Source: an uncultured Verrucomicrobiota bacterium
GTDB lineage: Bacteria; Verrucomicrobiota; Verrucomicrobiia; JABWAM01
Reading direction: 5' to 3'
NCBI GenBank assembly: GCA_964475835.1
Contig: CAYYYL010000002.1
Location: 49,910-113,909, forward strand
DNA length: 64,000 nt
Shown here: positions 39,260-47,676 of the stretch, one piece after another
Layout of the letters: each line of letters starts with the position of its first letter
How positions within the stretch are numbered: the first letter of the stretch is position 1
Translations under genes and position numbers: made by a program
Notes under the pieces: model-generated
The model's database searches: none
Seen by the model: the letters and a program-made list of their open reading frames with translations, nothing else
Told to the model about the DNA's origin: nothing

Positions 39260-40186
39260 CTAGGGCATGTGGGGATTTTTGTTTGGCGGAGGCAGGTAGT
39301 CACTATTGGGCCACCCGCCAAACCAACCATCGTCAATTTTATCGATATCCTGGACTGGATTAAGGGATTGGACGTGGCCGTCACAGTAGACGTAGTTATC
39401 GACTCCTGGCCTTGCCACCACAGGGCGCCACTGGCCCCCTGGGCTTAGCTTTGTGGTATCGTCCCAAAGGGTGTCCACTCCGCCATGAAAACCGGCAGGG
39501 CCTGTCATTTCATAGCCCCAAGCATCAAATGGAAGGGTCCTTAAACTAAAAACATTCGGAAAGGTTCCCAAGGGGTGCCATGTCCCACCGAACGCATTAC
39601 ACGTAAAAGCAATCCGACGGCCGGGATCAGGAACCAGAGTGCCAGCTGGCTGGTGAACCTCGGGGTGGGCCATAGGATTCGGCCAGGTCGGGAAATCCGG
39701 ATAGTTTGGAAAAGGAAGAATTAGGGTGTTGTTATATGCATATCCCTGAAGGTCGTTTTTTACCCCCTTGTAGAGCTCGACGACAATGGGACAAACAAGA
39801 TTGTAAGGGATTCGATGTTCAAATCCGCCAGGAACAGACCAATTAGCAACCTGACATCCCAAATAGGGAGCCAATCTTGTGTTGATATCCTGGTATGAGA
39901 TGGGGGTAGGCCCGTGTGGCCATTGTTGAGGATCCGCCCAGTTGCTATCACGATCCAAAGGGTAGCAATCATGATTTGCCACCCGGTACATATTTAGGGC
40001 AGCCCCCCAATTTTTAAGATTGCTGACACAAGTTATCCGCTTCGATAGAGTTTTGATTCGGCTGAGCGCTGGAAACAGGAGTGAGACAAGGACGCTAATG
40101 ATGGTTAAAACAACCAGGAGTTCCATGAGCGTGAAGCCCCTTGAACCGAACTTTTCAGACTTTTTTGTCAACGAGATGGGTTGCAT
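39260..40186 (-). CDS. Prepilin-type N-terminal cleavage/methylation-domain protein (DUF1559-like)
   Basis: GFTLMELLVVLTIISVL leader and helix, with the C-terminal NYVYCDGHVQS motif. Confidence 0.75.
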   Translation of the reverse strand: MQPISLTKKSEKFGSRGFTLMELLVVLTIISVLVSLLFPALSRIKTLSKRITCVSNLKNWGAALNMYRVANHDCYPLDRDSNWADPQQWPHGPTPISYQDINTRLAPYLGCQVANWSVPGGFEHRIPYNLVCPIVVELYKGVKNDLQGYAYNNTLILPFPNYPDFPTWPNPMAHPEVHQPAGTLVPDPGRRIAFTCNAFGGTWHPLGTFPNVFSLRTLPFDAWGYEMTGPAGFHGGVDTLWDDTTKLSPGGQWRPVVARPGVDNYVYCDGHVQSLNPVQDIDKIDDGWFGGWPNSDYLPPPNKNPHMP

Positions 40187-40377
40187 GGTAATTGACGCCC
40201 TTCCGAAAGGTAGTCCAAGTTCTTCAAAAACGCCACAGAAACAATCGCACCTACAGCCAAGTCATAAGTGAGGCTTTATCAAGGTTTTGCGCCCCCCCGA
40301 GTTGCAACTTGGACGACTACAGGTTAGATCTAGTATGCTCCTTGTACATAAATGCTGTGGCGTGAACTTGTTTTAAA

Positions 40378-42390
40378 ATGTTTAACATGATTTTTGCCTC
40401 CCGTTTTCTTTGGATTTGTCTGGTGCGTTTGCCTGTTCTGCTGCTTGGCATGGTTGTTATTGGATTGACTGGTTGTGTTCAGACCCAGACGGGGGGGGAT
40501 TCGGTTCCTACCCAACCCAGGCCTTCGACCCAGCTCCACCCCGAATCTTCCAGGTTTGTTCAATTGCAGTTAAATAAAGGAGGATGGTGGTTTGTTCGGG
40601 GCGGGGACTCTTTTCTTTCGCGTGGGGTAAATGTGGTTGAACCTAGTGAGCCGTCTCCCCGTGATTCCGGGAATTGTTACAACGTACTCCCAAAATTTGA
40701 CGGATCGGAGGATGCCTGGGCCGAATCGACGGTGGATCGCTTGCGATCCTGGCATTTTAACACGGTTGGAGCGTGGTCAAACGAGGCCATCTATAAACAG
40801 GAGATATACCATACGCGTGTGGTTTGGTTTGGGGGCTATGGCGGAAGTAACGATCAACGGTTGATCGACGTTTTTTCAGAGGAATACCGGGAGCGGCTCG
40901 AAAAAACGGCTCTTGAACAAGTTCAGCCGTTTCGGAACGAGGAATGGTTGATCGGTTACTTTATAAATAATGAACTTCCCTGGTATGGAGATCGTGCATG
41001 GAAGACTTCCAGCACCACCTCCCTGGTGACTCGATATATGGAGCTTTCTGCGGGAGCCCCGGGAAAGCGGGCGGTGGTTCGATTCCTTCAGGATAGTTAC
41101 AAGGGAAATTGGGAGGATTTCAGGGCGGATTGGAGCACTAACGCCAAGGACTTTTCCTCCCTTCTATTTGAGCGGAATCTTCAGCCCCGAAACAGCCGGA
41201 GTTCGGTGGCTGTTTTCGGATGGGCGGGGGAGGTTGCTGAACGCTATTTCCTGCTTTGTGAAAAGGCAATCCGTGCACACGATCCACAGCATTTGATTTT
41301 AGGATCGCGGTTTTCGATGGAGGCACCGGCGGCCGTTCTCAAGGCCTGTGCGGGGCATTCGGATGTTATAAGTGTGAACCACTATCGCCAATCAGGGCAT
41401 ATCGATCAAGATCGCCTTCAGCGTCTCTACGCTTTGACCCAGCGCCCCATTCTGATCACCGAATTCTCGTGGAGAGCGACTGAAAACGGGTCTGACTTGA
41501 AAAATATCGAAGGGGCGAGTGTCACGGTTCCAACCCAGGAGGATCGGGCGGCAGCGTGCCGCGAGTATCTGGGGGAATTGGTGCGCGAACCCTATATTAT
41601 CGGCTATCATTGGTTTCAGTACCATGATCAACCTCCGGCTGGACGTTATTTTGATGGGGAGGATTCTAACTTTGGTCTCGTCGATACGCGCGATAGGCCT
41701 TATGAGGCTGTGGTTGATGCCTTAAAGGAAATCAATCGTGGAGCCGAGAGGCGGCACGGAGAGAGTCGGATCGCTCTTCCAATGGAAAACCTTGGGGCCA
41801 TCATTGACTATCGTCCGGTCCGGGTGCCCCCTCCCTGTGAGGATGGATCTTCACCGGCCTTTATTTCGTTGCGGTACCTGGATTATGCGTCTGAAGTCAT
41901 GCCCTATGGGGACTCCCATGGATCGGTGGTGAGCGTCAAACCTTTTGAAGGGAATGGTCGTTCCCTGAAATTTGAGTCAGGAAATGGTTGGGGTGCGGGT
42001 GTAATCATACGTCCCCCGTTGCGCTTCCGTTCGAAATCCAATGCAGCAGATTTCCGTGGGGCTCAAAGAGTGGTCGTAACCGCGAAGGCACCCCGAGGAG
42101 CCTTGTTTCATTTGGAGGTGATGGAATCCGGGGCGGATACTCGGGGACGCGATGTTTATGAAGGGGAGCGGGGGGCGGATGGGGAACTTTTCATGTCGAC
42201 GGATGTCGAGGGAGATGGCACATGGAAGGACTATATTTTTGAGTTTCAAGCCATGGAAATTCATGACCACTACGGAAACGACCACGGAAATCGCACGGTT
42301 GACACCCAGGCCCTCCAGGAGATTCACCTGGTTTTTCCAAAGGATCAGTCGGACACCACCCTGGATGTCCGCTCAATGAAGCTCGAATGA
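40378..42390 (+). CDS. Glycoside hydrolase lipoprotein, clan GH-A (beta/alpha)8-barrel-like, with a C-terminal beta-sandwich domain
   Basis: Lipobox GLTGC. Candidate acid/base motif FINNELPW and candidate nucleophile ILITEFSW, with spacing typical of GH5/GH2-like TIM-barrel hydrolases. The specific GH family is not assignable by eye. Confidence 0.55.
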   Translation: MFNMIFASRFLWICLVRLPVLLLGMVVIGLTGCVQTQTGGDSVPTQPRPSTQLHPESSRFVQLQLNKGGWWFVRGGDSFLSRGVNVVEPSEPSPRDSGNCYNVLPKFDGSEDAWAESTVDRLRSWHFNTVGAWSNEAIYKQEIYHTRVVWFGGYGGSNDQRLIDVFSEEYRERLEKTALEQVQPFRNEEWLIGYFINNELPWYGDRAWKTSSTTSLVTRYMELSAGAPGKRAVVRFLQDSYKGNWEDFRADWSTNAKDFSSLLFERNLQPRNSRSSVAVFGWAGEVAERYFLLCEKAIRAHDPQHLILGSRFSMEAPAAVLKACAGHSDVISVNHYRQSGHIDQDRLQRLYALTQRPILITEFSWRATENGSDLKNIEGASVTVPTQEDRAAACREYLGELVREPYIIGYHWFQYHDQPPAGRYFDGEDSNFGLVDTRDRPYEAVVDALKEINRGAERRHGESRIALPMENLGAIIDYRPVRVPPPCEDGSSPAFISLRYLDYASEVMPYGDSHGSVVSVKPFEGNGRSLKFESGNGWGAGVIIRPPLRFRSKSNAADFRGAQRVVVTAKAPRGALFHLEVMESGADTRGRDVYEGERGADGELFMSTDVEGDGTWKDYIFEFQAMEIHDHYGNDHGNRTVDTQALQEIHLVFPKDQSDTTLDVRSMKLE

Positions 42391-42449
42391 TGTTTGCCTG
42401 GGCATGAGTTTGCCTCTAAGGTCTGCCCTTTCAACTCTCTGGTGATGCC

Positions 42450-43580
42450 ATGAAAAAAATCCCTACGAAACTGGATCGTGAATCCAATCGTTTTTTGCAT
42501 TCGCAGTTGAAGTCGATTTTATTGACGCAAATTCGCGAGCAAAACTGGAAGCCGGGGGATCGACTTCCCTCTGAAGAACAGCTCAGCAAGAAATACAGAA
42601 TTAACCGGGCAACCATTCGACGGGCGTTGAAGGATTTGATTCAGGATGGGCTGATCTATCGGGTGCCGGCGACGGGGACCTTCGTTTCCGATCCCAAAAC
42701 GATGGATCCAGAGTTCGTTCGAGTGGGGAAGGGGGCTTCCAATGTTGCTTGGCTGATGAAAACTCAAAAAGGACTGGTGCTTGGGCCCTTTCATACGGAG
42801 ATGTTCGATACGGCAAATCTTGAGCTTCGAAAGCTCCGTTACCGTTTGGTGTTTTTTTCCGTGGATGACCCTGCAAACCAGGGCAAGGTCCTTCAACAGA
42901 TTAATCAGAAGGAATTTGCAGCCGTCGTCCTCGTGGGCGGGCTTCCCGAGAATTTTATTGAAGCTGTAGCCAAACTTGAGATCCCATCCATCTTGCTCGA
43001 CAATCATTTGCGGCAAACTCGCATGGACAGCGTTCTTCCAGACAATCAAGCCGGGGCTTACGATGCGGTTCGACTGCTTCTGGATCATGGGCACCGTCAA
43101 ATAGCCTGTATTCGAGCCCCTTTAAATGAGGCAGCCTCGCGGGAGCGTTTTCAGGGATACGTTCATGCCTTGATGGAGGCCGGGCTTTCGTACAATCCCG
43201 ATCTTGTCGCCGAGGGGAATTTTCAGGTGGATGGCGGAGAGCGGGCCATGGCGCAGATTCTTGATTGTAAAAAAGCCGATCGGCCAACAGCCGTCTTTTG
43301 TTTGAACGATGAGATGGCCATTGGGGCGATGAAGTGTATACGTCAGCGGAAGATGGAAATCCCCAGGGATATTTCGGTCATAGGATTCGATAATGTGGAC
43401 TGGGCCGCTCATTCCATCCCCCCTCTGACAACGATCGAGGTCCCCAAAAGTCAGTTGGTAAGGATGGCTATCAAGCTGCTCGTGCAACGAATGAAGGCCT
43501 CCTTGGATGTGCCATGCAAACTCCTTCTCCCCACTTCGATTGTCACCCGCCAGTCCGTTGCACCCTGTCTTACAAAATAA
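42450..43580 (+). CDS. Hybrid transcriptional regulator with a GntR-type winged-HTH N-terminus fused to a LacI/periplasmic-binding-protein-like sugar-sensor domain
   Basis: GntR HTH (LPSEEQLSKKYRINRATIRRALKDLIQDGLI), followed by LacI-type sensor blocks (VVLVGG, CLNDEMAIGAMK, DISVIGFDN). Confidence 0.8.
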   Translation: MKKIPTKLDRESNRFLHSQLKSILLTQIREQNWKPGDRLPSEEQLSKKYRINRATIRRALKDLIQDGLIYRVPATGTFVSDPKTMDPEFVRVGKGASNVAWLMKTQKGLVLGPFHTEMFDTANLELRKLRYRLVFFSVDDPANQGKVLQQINQKEFAAVVLVGGLPENFIEAVAKLEIPSILLDNHLRQTRMDSVLPDNQAGAYDAVRLLLDHGHRQIACIRAPLNEAASRERFQGYVHALMEAGLSYNPDLVAEGNFQVDGGERAMAQILDCKKADRPTAVFCLNDEMAIGAMKCIRQRKMEIPRDISVIGFDNVDWAAHSIPPLTTIEVPKSQLVRMAIKLLVQRMKASLDVPCKLLLPTSIVTRQSVAPCLTK

Positions 43581-43588
43581 TGATTTTC

Positions 43589-45472
43589 ATGAAAACATCC
43601 CTGCGATTGACCGTTGTGACGATTGGTGCCTTGCTGACAGCCATCCAGGCTTTTGCCTGGGAGGATTCGACCGGGGAAAAGTCGCGTTTGACCCTTGCGG
43701 TACCCGGAAGTGCCGAAATGGTGGATTATGAAAAATTTGGTGAATTTCGAAATGTAGGTACGGAAAAGTTTTGTTACGTGATCAAAGATCGAAAGGGTTT
43801 GGCGGAGCAGGTGGGAGAAGGGGTGGATCCATGTCAGGCCCTGACAAAGGACCCCGTTTACCTTGAATTGAAAAAAAAGAAGGCTTTTCCGGGTCCTCAT
43901 TGGGACTATACGGATCACGCGAATCTTCCGCTGCGTTTCTATGCCTGGGCCGGAGCAACCGAGGATGGAGGCGTTCGACAATATTACACCGCGAAGGCTC
44001 TTGAAGATAATGGTCTGTTGATCCAGGCTCTCAGAGGATATTATGCGGTGGTTCTGCTCTATCCAAGGGCGGTGGGCTGGTCTTTTTGGAAATCGCCCCT
44101 TTATATGTCCCGAATGGCGTTGGATCGCATCGAATTTCTTCTACGGAAGCATCCCGAACTTCACCTGGCTCTCAAGGACGCTTATGTGAAAGTGGAGAAT
44201 GGTTTCGATGATGATGTTGCCAATGATCGTATCCTGGTGAATCCCGGACATTGGGTGAAGGAGTCTCCAACTCCCGTTGTGCCGGATCTGAAATCTTTGA
44301 AAATAGTGAAGAAAATCGGGGGGCCCAACGTCGAATTGGTACAATACGAAAATATGCACTGGCAGCTCTTAAAGGATGGCAAGCCTTTCATGATGCGGGG
44401 CATGGACTATGTGCCGACGCCTGTGGGCATGGGCAATCATACCGAGGGTTATGATGTGAATGGGTCGTGGCAGCTTGCTGATTCGAATCATAATGGGAAA
44501 ATTGATGCCATCGAGGAGTCCTGGATCGATACCAATGGGAATGAGGTTCAGGATCCTGATGAACCATGGACGACAGACATGCAGATCCTTCAGGACATGG
44601 GGGTGAACACGATTCGAATCTACAACCATGTGTTCAATAAAGATCTATTAAAACGGTGGCATGAGAAAAACGGGACCATGTTCCTGATTGGCGATTTCGC
44701 TGGAGCCTATGCAGCCGGCTCGGGTGCCACATGGGAGGCGGGAACGGATTACAGCAACCCGGAACAGGTGGAACGACTCATGGCGCTGATCAAGAAGATG
44801 GTTCTGGATGTGAAGGATGAGCCCTATGTGCTGATGTGGGTTTTGGGAAATGAGAATGTCTATGGAGTGGCGAATAGCGCAAAAAGGGATCCCGTCACCT
44901 ATTGGAAATTCATCAATCGAGCAGCGGAAATGATTCACGAGCTGGATCCCCATCATCCCGTGGCTGTCAGCAGTGGGGATCTCTATCTTTTTGACTCCTT
45001 TGTCGCAAATGCTCCCGCCGTGGATGTCTATGGCTGCAATATCTATCGGGGGAATGGCGGCATGGGGAAAAGTTTTTGGAGAAGCATTTTTGAGTTTAGT
45101 GGAAAACCGGTTTTTATCTCCGAATTCGGCTGTTCCGCCTACGCCAACGGCAGGACAAAGGAGGAGGTGGAGAATTTTCAAAAGGACTACCATCAGGGGA
45201 ACTGGGAGGATATTGAGTTCAATAAGGGCGGAGGTCTTGGGTATGGGAATGCGTTGGGAGGCATGGCTTTCGAATTTTGTGATGAATGGTGGAAAGCGGA
45301 ACACCTTCCCATGGAGGCTCATGATGTTCGGTCCGAACATCCAGCTCCTTTTTGTGACGGAAATAATTACGAGGAATGGTATGGACTCTTTTCCGTGGGA
45401 ACTGGGAAAAATAGTCCCTTCATGCGGCAGCCTCGGGCAGCTGTCGATTACTACAAAAACACCTGGAAATGA
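43589..45472 (+). CDS. Secreted glycoside hydrolase, clan GH-A TIM-barrel-like
   Basis: Signal peptide MKTSLRLTVVTIGALLTAIQAFA. Candidate acid/base WVLGNENVYG and candidate nucleophile FISEFGCSAY. The start codon overlaps the regulator's stop. Confidence 0.6.
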   Translation: MKTSLRLTVVTIGALLTAIQAFAWEDSTGEKSRLTLAVPGSAEMVDYEKFGEFRNVGTEKFCYVIKDRKGLAEQVGEGVDPCQALTKDPVYLELKKKKAFPGPHWDYTDHANLPLRFYAWAGATEDGGVRQYYTAKALEDNGLLIQALRGYYAVVLLYPRAVGWSFWKSPLYMSRMALDRIEFLLRKHPELHLALKDAYVKVENGFDDDVANDRILVNPGHWVKESPTPVVPDLKSLKIVKKIGGPNVELVQYENMHWQLLKDGKPFMMRGMDYVPTPVGMGNHTEGYDVNGSWQLADSNHNGKIDAIEESWIDTNGNEVQDPDEPWTTDMQILQDMGVNTIRIYNHVFNKDLLKRWHEKNGTMFLIGDFAGAYAAGSGATWEAGTDYSNPEQVERLMALIKKMVLDVKDEPYVLMWVLGNENVYGVANSAKRDPVTYWKFINRAAEMIHELDPHHPVAVSSGDLYLFDSFVANAPAVDVYGCNIYRGNGGMGKSFWRSIFEFSGKPVFISEFGCSAYANGRTKEEVENFQKDYHQGNWEDIEFNKGGGLGYGNALGGMAFEFCDEWWKAEHLPMEAHDVRSEHPAPFCDGNNYEEWYGLFSVGTGKNSPFMRQPRAAVDYYKNTWK

Positions 45473-45589
45473 CGCTTTACGCTTGATTTCTTGACAAAAA
45501 ACCAATAACAACATAAGACTGGCCGGATCCTGGTCCTATCAAAACCAGATTTCGGTTCAAACATTGCATCCACCAAGTAACATCCAACC

Positions 45590-46192
45590 ATGAAGAAACA
45601 ACTCAAACAGATCGCGCTCGTTCTGGTAACGAGCTTCGCAGCCACGCATCTTTTCGCACAGGAAGCGCCACTTCCTGTACAGAAACTTCCTTTTTCCGTT
45701 TATTCGGACATGGGTGATCATTTTATTCCCTCCGGATGGATGGGGGATTATGGTGACCTCAAGCTTGCGGATAGCGAAAAGACAAATCCGGCTCAAGGAA
45801 CCAAATGCATTAAAATCACCTATACGGGCAAAGCCACCGGCGGCCAGAAGTGGGCTGGAATTTACTGGCAGGATCCCGCAAATAACTGGGGAACCACGAA
45901 AAATGCCGGATATAACCTCACTGGCGCCAAATTGGTAAAGTTTTTTGCCCGTGGGGAAAAGGGCGGGGAAGTTGTTGAATTTAAATCGGGTGGAATCTCT
46001 TCCGGGGACTATCCTGATAGTTACAAGGCCGATGCGCCCGCGACAACGCTGACGCAGGAGTGGAAGGAATATGAAATCGATCTCGCGGGTCAGGATCTCT
46101 CCCACGTGATCGGTGGATTTGTGTTTGCTCTGAATAAGGACAAAAATCCTGATGGAGCCGTCTTTTTCCTCGATAACATTCGTTTCGAGTAA
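45590..46192 (+). CDS. Secreted ~200-aa beta-sandwich (carbohydrate-binding-module-like) protein, paralogue A
   Basis: Signal peptide MKKQLKQIALVLVTSFAATHLFA. About 40% identical to the next gene, sharing the blocks LPFSVYSD...SGWMGD, IYWQDPANNWGT and VIGGF...FLDNIRF. Confidence 0.55.
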   Translation: MKKQLKQIALVLVTSFAATHLFAQEAPLPVQKLPFSVYSDMGDHFIPSGWMGDYGDLKLADSEKTNPAQGTKCIKITYTGKATGGQKWAGIYWQDPANNWGTTKNAGYNLTGAKLVKFFARGEKGGEVVEFKSGGISSGDYPDSYKADAPATTLTQEWKEYEIDLAGQDLSHVIGGFVFALNKDKNPDGAVFFLDNIRFE

Positions 46193-46208
46193 TTGACCGA
46201 AGTTTAAA

Positions 46209-46242
46209 CGCACCGCCGGCTTCGCTGGCGGTGCGTTTTTTT
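46209..46242 (+). terminator. Rho-independent terminator
   Basis: Perfect 9-bp stem cgcaccgcc / ggcggtgcg with the 9-nt loop ggcttcgct, followed by seven Ts. Confidence 0.8.
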
Positions 46243-46245
46243 GTT

Positions 46246-46848
46246 ATGGGGAGCATTCGTAGGACGGTCTGTTGTCTCTATACGGGCCTGATGTTGATGC
46301 AGGTTGATGCTGTCGACGTTCGTCGGTATCCCCAGAAAATGCCGTTTTCTGTTTTCAGTGATCAGGTGGACAATTTTTCCCCTTCGGGATGGATGGGGGA
46401 TGTTGAGGATCTGCATTTAAATCTCCGTTATACGAGTGATCCTGGTGAGGGAAAGGTGTGCCTGCAGATCATCTACAGGCCAAAAAATGGGGTGGGAGCC
46501 GGGTGGGTGGGGGTTTATTGGCAGGCTCCAGCCAACAATTGGGGAACCTCAAGGGAGGGCGGGTACGATCTGACTTGGGCCAGGAAAATCCGATTTAAGG
46601 CCAAAGGGTCGCGGGGTGAGGAGCTGATCCGATTTAATGCGGGTGGAATTACGGGGCCCTATCCTGATACTTTTAAAACCAGCATGCAGACCGTTACGTT
46701 GACGACAGCTTGGAAGGACTATGAAATTTCGCTGACGAGTCAAAATCTTGGCCGGGTTATTGGAGGTTTCTGTTTCACCATCCCCAAAGACGGAAATCCC
46801 GAGGGGTGCGTTTTTTATCTGGATGATATCCGATATTCCACGTTTTGA
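46246..46848 (+). CDS. Beta-sandwich (CBM-like) protein, paralogue B
   Basis: Shares the paralogous blocks MPFSVFSD...SGWMGD, VYWQAPANNWGT and VIGGFCF...YLDDIRY. The ORF-track GTG at 46231 lies inside the terminator, so the ATG at 46246 is preferred. The N-terminus is a weak, non-canonical signal peptide. Confidence 0.5.
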   Translation: MGSIRRTVCCLYTGLMLMQVDAVDVRRYPQKMPFSVFSDQVDNFSPSGWMGDVEDLHLNLRYTSDPGEGKVCLQIIYRPKNGVGAGWVGVYWQAPANNWGTSREGGYDLTWARKIRFKAKGSRGEELIRFNAGGITGPYPDTFKTSMQTVTLTTAWKDYEISLTSQNLGRVIGGFCFTIPKDGNPEGCVFYLDDIRYSTF

Positions 46849-46911
46849 GGGCTGGTTGCGGTGGGGGCTTTTGAGTGTTAAATTCTGTCAATTCCACATT
46901 TTGCGGATGGC

Positions 46912-47592
46912 ATGACTTTTTTTCATCAGCTTCAGCTCCTTTTTGAGCGAACCTATTCTGGCATTGGGGTGGATCTGGAAGCGTGTCTTATTGGAAGGCA
47001 TCGTTGTCTTGAACTTTCACGGATGGCCCCGGATCGGGCAGCCGAGCTTAGCATGGATGGACGAACTTTTCTTCGGATCGTCGATGGGAGGCTCCATGTG
47101 GCCATTTGGTATGATCCATCCATTATCCGGATGCTTGAAGATCATCATCCGTTTCGTGAGTTGAGTAGTGCGAACATTCGAGCGCTCATCGTGTTTATCG
47201 AGGAGTTGAACCATGCGGTTCACGCGGGTTTGCTTTTTCTAGAAAGCCGGTTTGACCAGAAGGACGGGGAGCTTGCGGCAAACTTGGAACTGCAGTCCAG
47301 GATTGATACCTACTTTACACTGGAGGTGATTTGTCGAGCCCTTCATCGAGAGCGGGCTTTAAGTTGGAAGGAGCGAGACTGGATTGAAACATCTCTGTTC
47401 GATCAGGAATCTTTTGAGTACACAGACCCGCGTTTAAAAGCGCGGTACGCCAACTCAAACTATCTTGCCCGAAAATGCGTGCGACATTTGAGTCGACTTT
47501 CCAAGACGGACAGAATTCAGGCTATGCGTGAGTTTCGGGTTAAAACCTTTCGGGAAAAGAGGGAGTGGATCGAAGCCTGTTCGAAGTTTTGA
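46912..47592 (+). CDS. Hypothetical cytoplasmic protein of unknown function
   Basis: 226-aa ORF with no signal peptide or transmembrane segment and no motif I can assign. Confidence 0.4.
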   Translation: MTFFHQLQLLFERTYSGIGVDLEACLIGRHRCLELSRMAPDRAAELSMDGRTFLRIVDGRLHVAIWYDPSIIRMLEDHHPFRELSSANIRALIVFIEELNHAVHAGLLFLESRFDQKDGELAANLELQSRIDTYFTLEVICRALHRERALSWKERDWIETSLFDQESFEYTDPRLKARYANSNYLARKCVRHLSRLSKTDRIQAMREFRVKTFREKREWIEACSKF

Positions 47593-47676
47593 CTCACAGC
47601 CAAAAAGCGGTTGCCTTCGAATTATATTACTTAGAATAAGTATTGTGCGACATTAGTTTTCCCTGAAAGCAAGCGC

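Noticed and set aside
42519-43100. 193-aa ORF on the minus strand
   Set aside because: It is antisense to the GntR/LacI hybrid regulator.
44648-45514. 288-aa ORF on the minus strand
   Set aside because: It is antisense to the secreted glycoside hydrolase, which has a signal peptide and catalytic motifs on the plus strand.
45557-46213. 218-aa ORF on the minus strand
   Set aside because: It is antisense to paralogue A of the secreted beta-sandwich pair. The plus-strand protein has a signal peptide and is conserved with paralogue B.
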